Shown: positions 54,610-64,000 of the stretch, piece after piece | Layout of the letters: every line of letters begins with the position of its first letter | How positions within the stretch are numbered: the first letter of the stretch is position 1 | DNA from: Alphaproteobacteria bacterium | GTDB lineage: Bacteria > Pseudomonadota > Alphaproteobacteria > SHVP01 | Assembly: GCA_038116985.1 (NCBI GenBank) | Contig: JAYOEZ010000005.1 | Coordinates: 12,758-76,757 of the forward strand | Direction: 5' to 3' | Length of the DNA stretch: 64,000 nt | Notes under the pieces: model-generated | What the model was told of the DNA's origin: nothing | Database searches by the model: none | Seen by the model: only the letters and a program-made list of their open reading frames with translations | Position numbers and translations under genes: made by a program

Positions 54610-55920
54610 ATGGCGGCATTCAGTCCACGCGAAATCGTTTCCGAACTCGACCGCCACATCATCGGCCAGAAGGACGCCAAGCGCGCCGTCGCCATCGCGC
54701 TGCGCAACCGCTGGCGGCGCCAGCAGCTCCCTGAAGAGCTGCGCGAGGAGATTCTTCCGAAGAACATCCTGATGATCGGCCCGACCGGCGTCGGCAAGAC
54801 AGAAATCTCGCGCCGCCTCGCCAAGCTGGCCAACGCGCCCTTCTTGAAGGTCGAAGCAACCAAGTTCACCGAGGTCGGCTATGTCGGCCGCGACGTCGAG
54901 CAGATCGTTCGCGATCTGGTCGAGATCGCCATCACGATGGTGCGCAGCCAGAAACGCGACGAGGTGAAGGCGCGGGCACAACTCGCCGCCGAAGAGCGCG
55001 TCCTTGACGCGCTGGTCGGCGACAACGCCAGCGAATCTACTCGCCAGACGTTCCGCAAGAAGCTGCGCGAAGGCGAACTCGACGACAAGGAAATCGAGAT
55101 CGACGTGCAGCAGTCCGGCGGCGCAGGCATGCCGACGTTCGACATACCCGGCATGCCCGGCGCGCAAATGGGCATGATCAATCTCAACGACATGCTGGGC
55201 AAAGCCTTCGGGCAACGCAGCAAGCCCAAACGCATGAAGGTCGTCGAGTCCTACGACATCCTGATGGAAGAGGAGAGCGACAAGCTCCTAGACCAGGAAA
55301 AGCTGATCAAGGAAGCGATCGAACGCGTCGAGCAGGACGGTATCGTGTTTCTCGACGAGATCGACAAGATCACCGCGCGTCAGGAACGCTCCGGCGCCGA
55401 CGTCAGCCGCGAGGGCGTGCAGCGCGACCTCCTGCCGCTGATCGAGGGCACGCAGGTCGCGACCAAGCACGGCACCGTGCGCACCGATTTCATCCTCTTC
55501 GTCGCTTCCGGCGCCTTTCAGCTGGCCAAACCGTCGGATCTGCTGCCCGAGCTACAGGGCCGCTTGCCGATCCGGGTCGAGTTGCAGGCGCTGAGCCGCG
55601 AAGATTTCAAGCGCATCCTGACCGAGCCCGAGGCCAGCCTGATCAAGCAGTACACCGCGCTGATCGGCACCGAGGACGTCACACTCGACTTCACCGAGGA
55701 CGCCATCGACGAGATCGCCAGCGTAGCGGCCGAAGTCAACGCCACGGTCGAGAACATCGGCGCACGCAGGCTGCACACGGTGATGGAGCGCCTTCTGGAC
55801 GAGATCAGCTACACCGCCACCGACAAGCCCGGCGAGTCGATCACGATCGACGCAGCCTACGTGCGCGAGCGTGTGACGGACCTCGCCAAGGACTCTGACC
55901 TTTCGAAGTTCATTCTGTAG
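54610..55920 (+). CDS. hslU: ATP-dependent protease ATPase HslU
   Basis: [33 protein letters not shown]. Confidence 0.98.
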   Translation: MAAFSPREIVSELDRHIIGQKDAKRAVAIALRNRWRRQQLPEELREEILPKNILMIGPTGVGKTEISRRLAKLANAPFLKVEATKFTEVGYVGRDVEQIVRDLVEIAITMVRSQKRDEVKARAQLAAEERVLDALVGDNASESTRQTFRKKLREGELDDKEIEIDVQQSGGAGMPTFDIPGMPGAQMGMINLNDMLGKAFGQRSKPKRMKVVESYDILMEEESDKLLDQEKLIKEAIERVEQDGIVFLDEIDKITARQERSGADVSREGVQRDLLPLIEGTQVATKHGTVRTDFILFVASGAFQLAKPSDLLPELQGRLPIRVELQALSREDFKRILTEPEASLIKQYTALIGTEDVTLDFTEDAIDEIASVAAEVNATVENIGARRLHTVMERLLDEISYTATDKPGESITIDAAYVRERVTDLAKDSDLSKFIL

Positions 55921-56269
55921 CGCCATCCAGTCGCTGCAGCAGCGCATCGAGCGCCGGCTCGTCAAGGTCGCCGATCCTGTCGGCCAGTTTATTTGAAAGT
56001 TCCGTCGCCTTCGGCGACAGCCCCGCCGTGTCGACCACGACCTTCGGGTGCGAGATGCGGGCGAGGCGCTCGATCTCCTCGGCCTCGTCCCAGATGATGT
56101 TGAAGTAGCCGCAGATCTGGCGCACCAGAACGGGCGTCGGCCGGCCACGCTTGCCGTGCTCCAAGGCCGAAAGATAAGCCTCGGAAATCTGCAGATCGGC
56201 CGCCATCTTCTTGAGCGTGACGCCATGCTGGCGGCGCAACGCACGCACCCGTTCGCCGAACGGCGTCAT
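55910..56269 (-). CDS. XRE family HTH protein
   Basis: [25 protein letters not shown]. Confidence 0.9.
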   Translation of the reverse strand: MTPFGERVRALRRQHGVTLKKMAADLQISEAYLSALEHGKRGRPTPVLVRQICGYFNIIWDEAEEIERLARISHPKVVVDTAGLSPKATELSNKLADRIGDLDEPALDALLQRLDGATE

Positions 56270-56865
56270 CTCTTCCGCCGTAGCAAAACGTAGAGCGCCC
56301 CGTCGCCACCGTGACGCCGCGCCGCCGGCTGCCAGGTGATGACGTGGACGGCCATCGGCGGCAGCGCCAACCAGCGCGGCACCTGTTCGCGCAGCACGCC
56401 GCGCTCGCGTTCAGGCATGAATCCAGGTTCGTCGTCCGGTCGAGTCGAGCCTTTCCCGGTGATCACAAGGACGCAGCGTTTCCCCGACGCCGCGCTGGTC
56501 GTGACGAAGCCTTCAAGTGCATCGCGCGCCTGCGCCTGCGTCATGCCGTGCAAGTCGATCCGACCGTCGAGATCGATCTGGCCGCGGCGCAGACGTTGCT
56601 GTGTGCGCCGGTCGGTACCGGCGCCAGCGCTCGGCCGAACCGCTTCGACACGGCGCGCAGGCGCGGCCTGGCGCACAGCGGGGTCGACGGGAGAAGCCTT
56701 GATCGGGGATGGCTCGTCGGTCTCCGGCACGTCTGCATCGATCGTCGCCCGACGGCGGACCGCTGGGTCCAGAACGCGCGCATCCTTCGTGACGGCGGCC
56801 CACAGGTCGCGCTCCTCCGGCGTCAATGTTCTTCCGGCCGGCCCCGATGGTTTGCGCCGCGCCAT
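56266..56865 (-). CDS. Smr/MutS2 domain protein
   Basis: IDLHG, LVITGKG, HGG.GALYV. Confidence 0.93.
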   Translation of the reverse strand: MARRKPSGPAGRTLTPEERDLWAAVTKDARVLDPAVRRRATIDADVPETDEPSPIKASPVDPAVRQAAPARRVEAVRPSAGAGTDRRTQQRLRRGQIDLDGRIDLHGMTQAQARDALEGFVTTSAASGKRCVLVITGKGSTRPDDEPGFMPERERGVLREQVPRWLALPPMAVHVITWQPAARRHGGDGALYVLLRRKR

Positions 56866-56867
56866 GA

Positions 56868-58103
56868 CTAGTCCTCGCCGCGGGCCCGGCGTTCGAGCAG
56901 CGCGCGCGGCAACAGTGCGAAATAGCGGCCGGCCTCCTGCATTCGCCCGGCCAGGTCAGCCGCTTCTTCGCCCGTGCCCCAATAGACGTCGCCACGGACG
57001 ATCCCCTTGATGGCACCACCGGTGTCCTGTGTGATCAGCAACCGCCGGAAATGAAGCGGATCGCCGGACGCCTCCTGTGCGTCGGTGGTCACCGTGTCGA
57101 GCCACACCGGAATGCCGAGCGGCAACCAACCGCGATCGATCGCAAGTGAGCGGCGGGCCGTCAGCGCCACGCCCTGGCTGCCGATCGGCGCATCGCCGTC
57201 GAGTCTCCGGAAGAAGATGTACGATGCGTTCTCGTTCATGAGGTCGGCGGCGCCCGCCGGATTGTCGGCAAGCCAGCGGCGGATGCTTTGCATCGACACG
57301 TCCTCGCGCGCCAGTTCGTTGCGCGCCACCAGGCTGCGCCCGATAGCGTGATAGACATGGCCGTTGGTCCCGGCGTAACCGAGGCGCACGGTCGAGCCGT
57401 CCGTCATACGGACCACGCCCGATCCCTGGATGTGGAGGAAGAACGCATCGACGGGGTCGTCGACCCACAAAAGCACCTCGGCTCGTTCCGCCAGCGCACC
57501 GGCCTCGATCTCGGCGCGCGTTTCTGCAGGGCGCAGCCGGTTGCCGCTGACCCGGCCGACGATTCGCTGGCCCTTGAGCTCGTCGCGGAACTCGCCGAGA
57601 TCGACGCTCACGTAGTCGGCCGGCGGTGCGTAGATCGGAACCTGAAACGGGCCCGCGCGCACGGGGTGCCCCTGAAGCTCGGGCTCGTAGTAGCCCGTGA
57701 ACAGGCCGACATCGTCGCCGTTGTTGCGGATCGATGCTGGCCGGAACCAGGTCTGGAAGAAGGCGCGAGCCGTACCGGCGTCAGAAGACGCATCGGCCAA
57801 GGCGGCCTCGCATGCCGGTCGCCAGTCGGCCGCGGTGCCGAACGCGGGATCGCCCATGGCGCGGTCGTCCGGCAAACGGACAAGGCGCGCGCAGGACGTG
57901 CGGAACGCGGCCAGCGCTGCCGACTGGTCGTCGTCTTCCCATCCCGCAAGCGCCCGTTCGACGCTTAGGCGTTCGACGAAGACGAAGGTGACGAGTTCAA
58001 GTTTGTCGGGCAACGGCTTGGGCGGAAACAGTGCGAAGGCGACCAGGGCGGCGGCGAGCATCGCTGCCGTCCCAAGCAGGACCCATAATCGGCCTGAAAT
58101 CAA
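56868..58103 (-). CDS. mltA: Murein transglycosylase A
   Basis: FTGYYEP, IQGSG, SYIFF, QDTGGAIKG..RGD. Confidence 0.94.
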   Translation of the reverse strand: MISGRLWVLLGTAAMLAAALVAFALFPPKPLPDKLELVTFVFVERLSVERALAGWEDDDQSAALAAFRTSCARLVRLPDDRAMGDPAFGTAADWRPACEAALADASSDAGTARAFFQTWFRPASIRNNGDDVGLFTGYYEPELQGHPVRAGPFQVPIYAPPADYVSVDLGEFRDELKGQRIVGRVSGNRLRPAETRAEIEAGALAERAEVLLWVDDPVDAFFLHIQGSGVVRMTDGSTVRLGYAGTNGHVYHAIGRSLVARNELAREDVSMQSIRRWLADNPAGAADLMNENASYIFFRRLDGDAPIGSQGVALTARRSLAIDRGWLPLGIPVWLDTVTTDAQEASGDPLHFRRLLITQDTGGAIKGIVRGDVYWGTGEEAADLAGRMQEAGRYFALLPRALLERRARGED

Positions 58104-58780
58104 TTCTCGCTGCGGGTCGCGATCAGCTTCCAGTTCGGGTCGGACGACCGCACATCGCGGGCAAAGGTCCAGAAATCAGTTATGTTCTGAACGACCCGGG
58201 GATCGCCGGACACGACATCGCCTTCCTTGTCGCGCGTCACATTGACGAGCTCCGCCATGAACTTGACCGTCACTTCGGCCATGCGCCCGACGGCGCGCGC
58301 CTCGACGATTTCACCCGACTTGATAGCGACGAGCGTCGTCTCGAGCGATTCGCCCCGACTTTCGCGGTCGGCGATGGCGCGTTGGAAGTTGGAATAGACA
58401 TCGTCATCCAGCAGCGCACGCAGCGTATCGGTGTCGCCCGAGGCAAACGAAGCCAGCACCATGTCGTAGGCCGTCCGGGCACCTGAGATGAACTCGTTGG
58501 CATCGAAGCTCGGGTCGATGGCGCGAATCTCCCGGACACCCGTACCTGTGTCGTCGGATGCCGGTTCGGCTTCGCGCGCCGGTTCCGCGCCACGCTGTCG
58601 GTCCGGAAGCGAGACAACATTGTCGTCCTCGTCCTGGCGTGTGCGGCTGTGCGCGAAGGTCTTGGCAGGCGGCCGCTCATTGCCCGTCCTGCGGCCCAGC
58701 ACGCTGCGCAAGCGCAGGATGATGAACACCGCGAGAACGGCAAAGAAAATGATTTCGAGAAACTGGATATTTTCGCCCAT
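58100..58780 (-). CDS. Tim44/TimA family adaptor
   Basis: LRSVLGRRTG.E, GAR.AY, WTFAR, PNW.L. Confidence 0.93.
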   Translation of the reverse strand: MGENIQFLEIIFFAVLAVFIILRLRSVLGRRTGNERPPAKTFAHSRTRQDEDDNVVSLPDRQRGAEPAREAEPASDDTGTGVREIRAIDPSFDANEFISGARTAYDMVLASFASGDTDTLRALLDDDVYSNFQRAIADRESRGESLETTLVAIKSGEIVEARAVGRMAEVTVKFMAELVNVTRDKEGDVVSGDPRVVQNITDFWTFARDVRSSDPNWKLIATRSEN

Positions 58781-58901
58781 GCCCGCGTCCCGACGCGCAG
58801 AAAACTGCCGACGTTTCCTCGCCAGACCGTTGCGCTACAGTAGCCCCATGCCCGGCACGAGTCCAACGAGGTGGCACGCGCCGTACGCCTTGCCCATATA
58901 A

Positions 58902-59426
58902 GTGGGGAGCGCACGGAGGAATCGCAAAGCTTTGTTCGGACTCTTTCTTCTTCTTGCCTTCATCGGCGTTCCGGCCGCTGAAATCGCCCTTTTCATCGTC
59001 GTCGGCGGCGAAATCGGCGTCTGGCCGACGATCGGGCTGATCATCTTGACCGCCGTCGGTGGCAGCATGTTGATCCGCCACCAGGGCATGCGCACCTTGC
59101 TGAGCGCGCGCGAAACCCTGGCCCGCCAGGAACTGCCGCTGCAGGAAGCCTTCGATGGAATCTGCCTTGTCGCCGCCGGTTTTCTGCTGCTGACGCCCGG
59201 ATTCATGACCGATTCGATCGGTCTGCTGCTGTTGGTGCCACCGTTTCGCACCCTGATCAGGGGGCCAATCATCCGGCGCATGAACGTGCACGTGGCGACC
59301 GGGTTTGGTCCGCGGCCACCCGGGGGGAGCGGGCCCATCATCGACGGCGACTTCCACGAGATCCGACCTGACCCAGACCCGCCTTCCGGCGGACCCGGCC
59401 ACCTTCCCCCACGCAGCGGCTCCTGA
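58902..59426 (+). CDS. fxsA: FxsA family protein; start uncertain
   Basis: EIALFI.VG, LLLTPGF.TD..G. Confidence 0.9.
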   Translation: MGSARRNRKALFGLFLLLAFIGVPAAEIALFIVVGGEIGVWPTIGLIILTAVGGSMLIRHQGMRTLLSARETLARQELPLQEAFDGICLVAAGFLLLTPGFMTDSIGLLLLVPPFRTLIRGPIIRRMNVHVATGFGPRPPGGSGPIIDGDFHEIRPDPDPPSGGPGHLPPRSGS

Positions 59427-59502
59427 TCCCGGCCCACAACCTTGTGAAGGGCCGTCTGTCATGGTAGCCACGGCGCGCCGCCAATTCAGGGAGTGAACAC
59501 CT

Positions 59503-60000
59503 ATGGCCGACAGCGACGGCGCCGCCCCGCAATCCGCAGAGCAAGGCGCGAGCCCGCGTATCGGATTGCTCGCGCAATACCTCAAGGACTGCTCCTACGA
59601 GAACCCGGGCGCGCCGATGAGCCTCGCCAAGGACCTGCCGGCACCCAAGATCGACGTCAGCATGGACGTACAGGTGCAGCCCATGGGCCAGAATCGGTAC
59701 GAGGTGGCGTTGCGGACGACGGCCGAGGCCAAGCGCGACGGCGAAACGGCGTTTGTGGCCGAAGTCGTCTTCGCCGGCGTATTCGAGATGTTCAACGTAC
59801 CCGAGCCGCAAGTGCAGGCCGTTTGCCTTGTCGAATGCCCGAGGTTGCTGTTCCCGTTCGCGCGCCGCGTCCTGTCCGACATCACGCGCGATGGCGGCTT
59901 CCCGCCCATTCTTCTCGATCCGGTCGACTTCGCCGCGCTGTTCGAACGCCAGCAGGCGGAAGGCGCCCAGGCCAGCCCCATGCCGGGAAGCGTCAACTAA
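59503..60000 (+). CDS. secB: Protein-export chaperone SecB
   Basis: QYLKD.SYENP, CPRLLFPFAR, GGFPP..LDPVDF. Confidence 0.96.
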   Translation: MADSDGAAPQSAEQGASPRIGLLAQYLKDCSYENPGAPMSLAKDLPAPKIDVSMDVQVQPMGQNRYEVALRTTAEAKRDGETAFVAEVVFAGVFEMFNVPEPQVQAVCLVECPRLLFPFARRVLSDITRDGGFPPILLDPVDFAALFERQQAEGAQASPMPGSVN

Positions 60001-60001
60001 C

Positions 60002-60685
60002 TCAGTTCACGCGCCAGATCGACTCGTTGATCTTTTCCAGGAAAGCCGCATGCGCGGCGAGCTCTTCCGGACTCGGCGCAAAGGTGCGCTCGGGCCACGT
60101 CTTGGCGGGCACCGCGTCGAATGTCGCTACATCGAGATCCACCGCGAGACCGAGCGTCGGTTGGCGCCCGCCGATCAGTTCGAGATAGACCTCGGCGAGA
60201 AGTTCGGCATCGAGCAACGCACCATGCTTCGTACGCGCCGAGGCATCGACGTTAAATCGGCGGCACAGCGCGTCGAGGCTTGCCTGGGCGCCGGGATACT
60301 TGCGCCGCGCCACGGAAACGGTGTCGACCACGTTTTCCACGCTCAACGTTGGACGATGTAGCAGGGACAGCTCCATGTTGATGAAGCCCATGTCGAAGCT
60401 CGCGTTATGGGCGACGATGGTGGCGTCGCCGACGAACTCGAGGAAATCGTCGACGACATCGGCGAAGCGCGGCTGCTTCGCGAGGAATTCCTCGCTCAGG
60501 CCGTGCACCCGAAAGGCATCGCCCGGCATATAGCGGTCCGGATTGAGGTAGCGCTGCCAGGTACGGCCGGTCGCGACGTGATTGACGAGTTCGACGCAGC
60601 CGATCTCGACAACGCGGTGGCCTTCTTCGGGCGACAGGCCTGTGGTTTCGGTGTCGAGGACGATTTCGCGCTCGGGGTCGTTCAT
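60002..60685 (-). CDS. dnaQ: DNA polymerase III epsilon subunit
   Basis: LDTETTG, HNASFD, HGALLDAELLA. Confidence 0.97.
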   Translation of the reverse strand: MNDPEREIVLDTETTGLSPEEGHRVVEIGCVELVNHVATGRTWQRYLNPDRYMPGDAFRVHGLSEEFLAKQPRFADVVDDFLEFVGDATIVAHNASFDMGFINMELSLLHRPTLSVENVVDTVSVARRKYPGAQASLDALCRRFNVDASARTKHGALLDAELLAEVYLELIGGRQPTLGLAVDLDVATFDAVPAKTWPERTFAPSPEELAAHAAFLEKINESIWRVN

Positions 60686-61305
60686 TTGGTTGGACCGTGC
60701 TCCGGCTGCGGGTTGTCCGCCAGCATTGTGATGGCGTCGCGAATCGCATTCAAGGTTACGCGACGCCCAAGACCCGTCGGCGCGATGAAATCGGCGCGGC
60801 GGCGTTTCTCGGAGTCGGGCACCTGTTGTTTGAGAATCGCCGTGAACTTCTCCTCGGTCATGCCGGGGCGGGCAAGAACGCGTGCCCGCTGGATGAAGGC
60901 CGGGGCGGTAACGACCAGCACCGCGTCACACTGATCTTCACCGCCCGTTTCATAGAGCAACGGGATGTCGAAGACGACAAGCGGCAAGCGGCGCGCCCGC
61001 GCGAGTTTCAGGAACCGGTCTCGCGCATGGCGCACGCGCGGATGCAGGATCGCCTCCAGCCGTCGCAATTCGTCGGGTTGCCCGAAGACGCGATCACCCA
61101 GCGCCTTGCGGTCGACCGCGCCGTCGCGCACGACCCCCGGGAACGCCTCGGCGATGGCAGCGACGGCGGCGCCACCTGTGGCCATCAGCGCGTGTACGGC
61201 GGCATCCGCGTCGAATACAGGAACACCGAGCCGGCGGAACATCTTCGCCGCCTCGCTCTTGCCCATGCCGATCGACCCGGTCAGGCCGAGAATCCTCGTG
61301 ACCAT
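60682..61305 (-). CDS. coaE: Dephospho-CoA kinase
   Basis: GLTGSIGMGKS, DIPLLYE. Confidence 0.96.
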   Translation of the reverse strand: MVTRILGLTGSIGMGKSEAAKMFRRLGVPVFDADAAVHALMATGGAAVAAIAEAFPGVVRDGAVDRKALGDRVFGQPDELRRLEAILHPRVRHARDRFLKLARARRLPLVVFDIPLLYETGGEDQCDAVLVVTAPAFIQRARVLARPGMTEEKFTAILKQQVPDSEKRRRADFIAPTGLGRRVTLNAIRDAITMLADNPQPEHGPTK

Positions 61306-61308
61306 CCG

Positions 61309-62142
61309 CTAGCCGAGAACGTAGGCCCGAAGCGCGTCGTCGACCTCGGGATCGATCCCAAACCAGGCGCGAAAGCCGGGCCGGCCCTGATGGAGCAACA
61401 TGCCGATGCCGTCGACGATCGGATTGCCGCGCGCCTTGGCCGCCGCCAGAAGCGGCGTTTCGAGCGGCGCATACACGATGTCATTCACCACGGCGTTCCC
61501 GGGTAGCGCGCCAAGATCCAGGTCAAGCGGCGGATGACCGGTCATGCCAAGGGCGGTTGCGTTCACCAGCAGCGTGGCATCCTCGAGGGAGGTGCCGCGA
61601 GTGTCCCAGTCCATTGCGCGGGCGCCGACCGCTGCGGCCAGTTCCTCGGCGCGGCTCTTCGTGCGATTGACGATTCGCACCTCCGGCGCCCCGGCATCGG
61701 CCAGCGCAACGGCAATGGCTTTCGCGGCGCCGCCGGCACCGACGATGACGGCCGGACCCGTATTGGCCCGAAAGCCGGGGGCGCCCGCCTTGAGGTTTTC
61801 GAGGAATCCGAAGCCGTCGGTATTGCTGCCTGTGGTCCGTCCACCATCGTCGATGGTGATGGTATTCACCGCGCCAACCCGCTGCGCCACATCGTCGACC
61901 GTGTCGAGGAGCGGCATCACCGCCTCCTTGTGCGGAATCGTCACGTTGGCGCCAGCAAAGCCGAGCGAGACAAGCCCCTCGATCGCCGCGTCCAGGCGTT
62001 CCGGCGCTACCGCTAGCGGCACATAGGCGCCATCGATTCCGTGCTTCTCCAGCCAGTATCCATGCAGCCGGGGCGACCTGGAGTGGCCCACCGGCCAACC
62101 CATGACGCCGGCGATCCGCGCGTTCCCGCTCAGCGCGTTCAT
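61309..62142 (-). CDS. aroE: Shikimate dehydrogenase
   Basis: HSRSP, NVTIPHK, NTDG, GAGGAA, NRT. Confidence 0.96.
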   Translation of the reverse strand: MNALSGNARIAGVMGWPVGHSRSPRLHGYWLEKHGIDGAYVPLAVAPERLDAAIEGLVSLGFAGANVTIPHKEAVMPLLDTVDDVAQRVGAVNTITIDDGGRTTGSNTDGFGFLENLKAGAPGFRANTGPAVIVGAGGAAKAIAVALADAGAPEVRIVNRTKSRAEELAAAVGARAMDWDTRGTSLEDATLLVNATALGMTGHPPLDLDLGALPGNAVVNDIVYAPLETPLLAAAKARGNPIVDGIGMLLHQGRPGFRAWFGIDPEVDDALRAYVLG

Positions 62143-62741
62143 GCCGCCAGCTCGCCGTGTCCGCGCAGGAAATCAAGCAGAGCCAGCAAGGGAAGACCGA
62201 GAACCGCAAAGAAGTCGCCACTGATCTTGGCAAACAACTGCACGCCACGGCCCTCAACCTGATAGGCACCGACCGAACTCAGGACCTCGTCACCGGTCGC
62301 ATCGAGGTAGTCGTCGACAAAACGCTCGCTCAGGTCGCGCATCGTCAGTCGCGGGTAGGCCAGATCTCGCCAGATGATGACACCATCCTTGGCGATCGCA
62401 GCAGCTGTCCAGAGGGTGTGCATCTTGCCTGACAGCGCCATGAGTTGTTGCCTTGCCGCAGCGCGATCTGACGGTTTGTCGAACCACGCGCCCTCGCATT
62501 CCAGGATTTGATCCGCCCCGATCACCAGTGCACCGGGCAGCGATGGCGACACGCGGTGAGCCTTGAGATCCGCCAGGGCCTGGGCCGCTTCCCCTGGTGA
62601 CGCATGGTCGGCCAACATCGCCTCCTTGACGGATTCCTCGTCGACGCGCGCCGGAACGATTTCGAAAGTGACCCCCGCGTTGCGCAGCATTATCGCGCGT
62701 GTCGCGCTACCTGAGGCCAGGACGATTGGCGCTGTGTTCAT
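62139..62741 (-). CDS. maf: Maf family nucleotide pyrophosphatase
   Basis: LASGS, GADQ, KP, GAYQ.EG, GLPL. Confidence 0.93.
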   Translation of the reverse strand: MNTAPIVLASGSATRAIMLRNAGVTFEIVPARVDEESVKEAMLADHASPGEAAQALADLKAHRVSPSLPGALVIGADQILECEGAWFDKPSDRAAARQQLMALSGKMHTLWTAAAIAKDGVIIWRDLAYPRLTMRDLSERFVDDYLDATGDEVLSSVGAYQVEGRGVQLFAKISGDFFAVLGLPLLALLDFLRGHGELAA

Positions 62742-63562
62742 CCTGCTGTGCGCTCCCAGTTCGCGTGAAGCCGCATAACTGCTGCAGCCGTCTCTTCGAT
62801 AGATCTGCCGGTGACGTCAATCACGGGCCAGCCGTGCCGGGTGAATAGCCGTCTTGCCGCGGCAATTTCCTTCTTTATCTCATCTTCGTCGGCGTAGGGC
62901 GTATCGGCGTTTTCGTTCAGCAACAGAAGACGACTGCGTCGCAACTCGACGAGCCGTTTGACGCTGTTGATCAATCCGATCACGAGCGGCGCTTTCAATC
63001 GCTCGAGTTCGTCAGGCGTTGGTGCGCCCGATACCAGCGGCACGTTGGCGGCTTTTACCCCGCGATTTGCGAGGTACATACACGTCGGCGTCTTGGACGT
63101 TCGCGAAACGCCGACCAGAACGACATCTGCTTCATGAATCGTCTCAAGCGACTGCCCATCGTCATGCGCTAGGCAGAAGTGCATCGCATCGATCCGCTGA
63201 AAATACTCCTCATCGAGCGTGTGCTGGCGCCCCGGCTGATTCTTGGCCTCGGTATGTAAGAAGTCGCGCAACGTCGCGATCGTGGGATCGAGTACATCGA
63301 CGCATGGTGTTTCCAGACTGCGGCATGCATTGATCAGATCGCGGCGAAGATTGGCATCGACCAGCGTGAACAGAACAATTCCCGGCGATTGCTGTATGCC
63401 GTCGATAACCATCTGGAGCTGTGCCGAACTACGCACCATCGTCCAGATGAACTCTTCCGGCTCATAGCCCTCGAACTGGGTGATCGCCGCCCGCGCAAGC
63501 ATCTGCAGCGTTTCGCCAGTAGCGTCGGAAACCAGGTGAAGGTTGAAAGTTTGCTCGGTCAT
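62738..63562 (-). CDS. ppsR: Pyruvate, water/phosphate dikinase regulatory protein (PSRP/DUF299)
   Basis: VSDATGET, HDDG, GVSRTSKTPT, SIEETA. Confidence 0.94.
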   Translation of the reverse strand: MTEQTFNLHLVSDATGETLQMLARAAITQFEGYEPEEFIWTMVRSSAQLQMVIDGIQQSPGIVLFTLVDANLRRDLINACRSLETPCVDVLDPTIATLRDFLHTEAKNQPGRQHTLDEEYFQRIDAMHFCLAHDDGQSLETIHEADVVLVGVSRTSKTPTCMYLANRGVKAANVPLVSGAPTPDELERLKAPLVIGLINSVKRLVELRRSRLLLLNENADTPYADEDEIKKEIAAARRLFTRHGWPVIDVTGRSIEETAAAVMRLHANWERTAG

Positions 63563-63569
63563 GGGCCCG

Positions 63570-63935
63570 GGAAAGGCTGTGCACAATTGGGTCGAAAAGA
63601 TGGGACAAGTGACGGAAGCTGGCGATTGCCCCGTTCCACCCCCGGTGCAATGAATCTCGCCAAGGCGGATACCCTCGGCGGGAAAACTTCATCAAGCCCG
63701 ATGCATGGTGGGGATGAAATGTTCCGCATCCCTTCTATTCGCAACATCCACATGATTCACAGGGTGAGAAAACCGCAGTAGGCTTCGCTCCTCATACTGC
63801 TGTCCGCTTATCCGCAGCCCACGGAGACGATCTGTGATTCACAGGTGCAATAGGCAGACCAGCAATAATCCCCATCATCATGACCCCCAACTACAACATC
63901 TATAGATTCTCTTACTTATATATATAAAAACAAAG
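63570..63935. other. Chromosomal replication origin (oriC)
   Basis: PSRP-hemE intergenic position typical of Alphaproteobacteria; DnaA-like boxes TGATTCACA (63753, 63835), TTATCCGCA (63808), ACATCCACA (63744), TCATCCCCA (minus, 63709), TAATCCCCA (63866); AT-rich tract 63901-63930; four GANTC sites. Confidence 0.85.
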
Positions 63936-63968
63936 GGAAGGTTCCTGTGGTCCGGTTATCGCCTCGTC

Positions 63969-64000
63969 ATGAGTGAAAAGAAGTTCCTGCGCGCCTTGGC
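63969..64000 (+). CDS. hemE: Probable start of uroporphyrinogen decarboxylase (truncated by window edge)
   Basis: MSEKKFLRAL..; mainly synteny with oriC/ppsR-maf-aroE-coaE-dnaQ. Confidence 0.6.
   Translation, partial: MSEKKFLRAL

Noticed and set aside
55910-56865. XRE-HTH + Smr nuclease as a toxin-antitoxin pair
   Set aside because: tim44-mltA-smr-HTH next to hslU is a commonly conserved core arrangement in Alphaproteobacteria and has host-like composition.

Overview
High-GC alphaproteobacterial (probably Rhodospirillales-like) chromosome segment ending at the replication origin, which lies between the PSRP/ppsR gene and the start of hemE. Most of it is core genome: frmA, mutS, pit, grpE-hrcA, rph-rdgB-hemW, rsmI-yraN, gshB, dnaK-dnaJ, dapB, infA, cspA, ada, nth, hisBHAFE, hslVU, mltA-tim44, fxsA-secB and dnaQ-coaE-aroE-maf. 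The clearest accessory feature is a ~2.96 kb integrative element (17147-20109) that splits comM/yifB just before its Walker A motif. A CT crossover core and an inverted-repeat attP can be reconstructed from its junctions. Its large serine recombinase is cut off in the middle of the Zn ribbon and runs in frame into an XRE-HTH/ImmA-IrrE metallopeptidase, which is coupled to a DUF4411-like PIN protein with apparently degenerate catalytic residues. Other unexplained systems are three tandem paralogous membrane proteins with HemJ/CopD-like His/Lys motifs (14080-16195), two paralogous N-terminally extended SAM methyltransferases flanking a CBS gene between dnaJ and dapB, four tandem EamA transporters, a DUF1848 gene with two in-frame stops and an unlisted 56-aa secreted protein. 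All family calls come from reading motifs by eye; no database searches were run.
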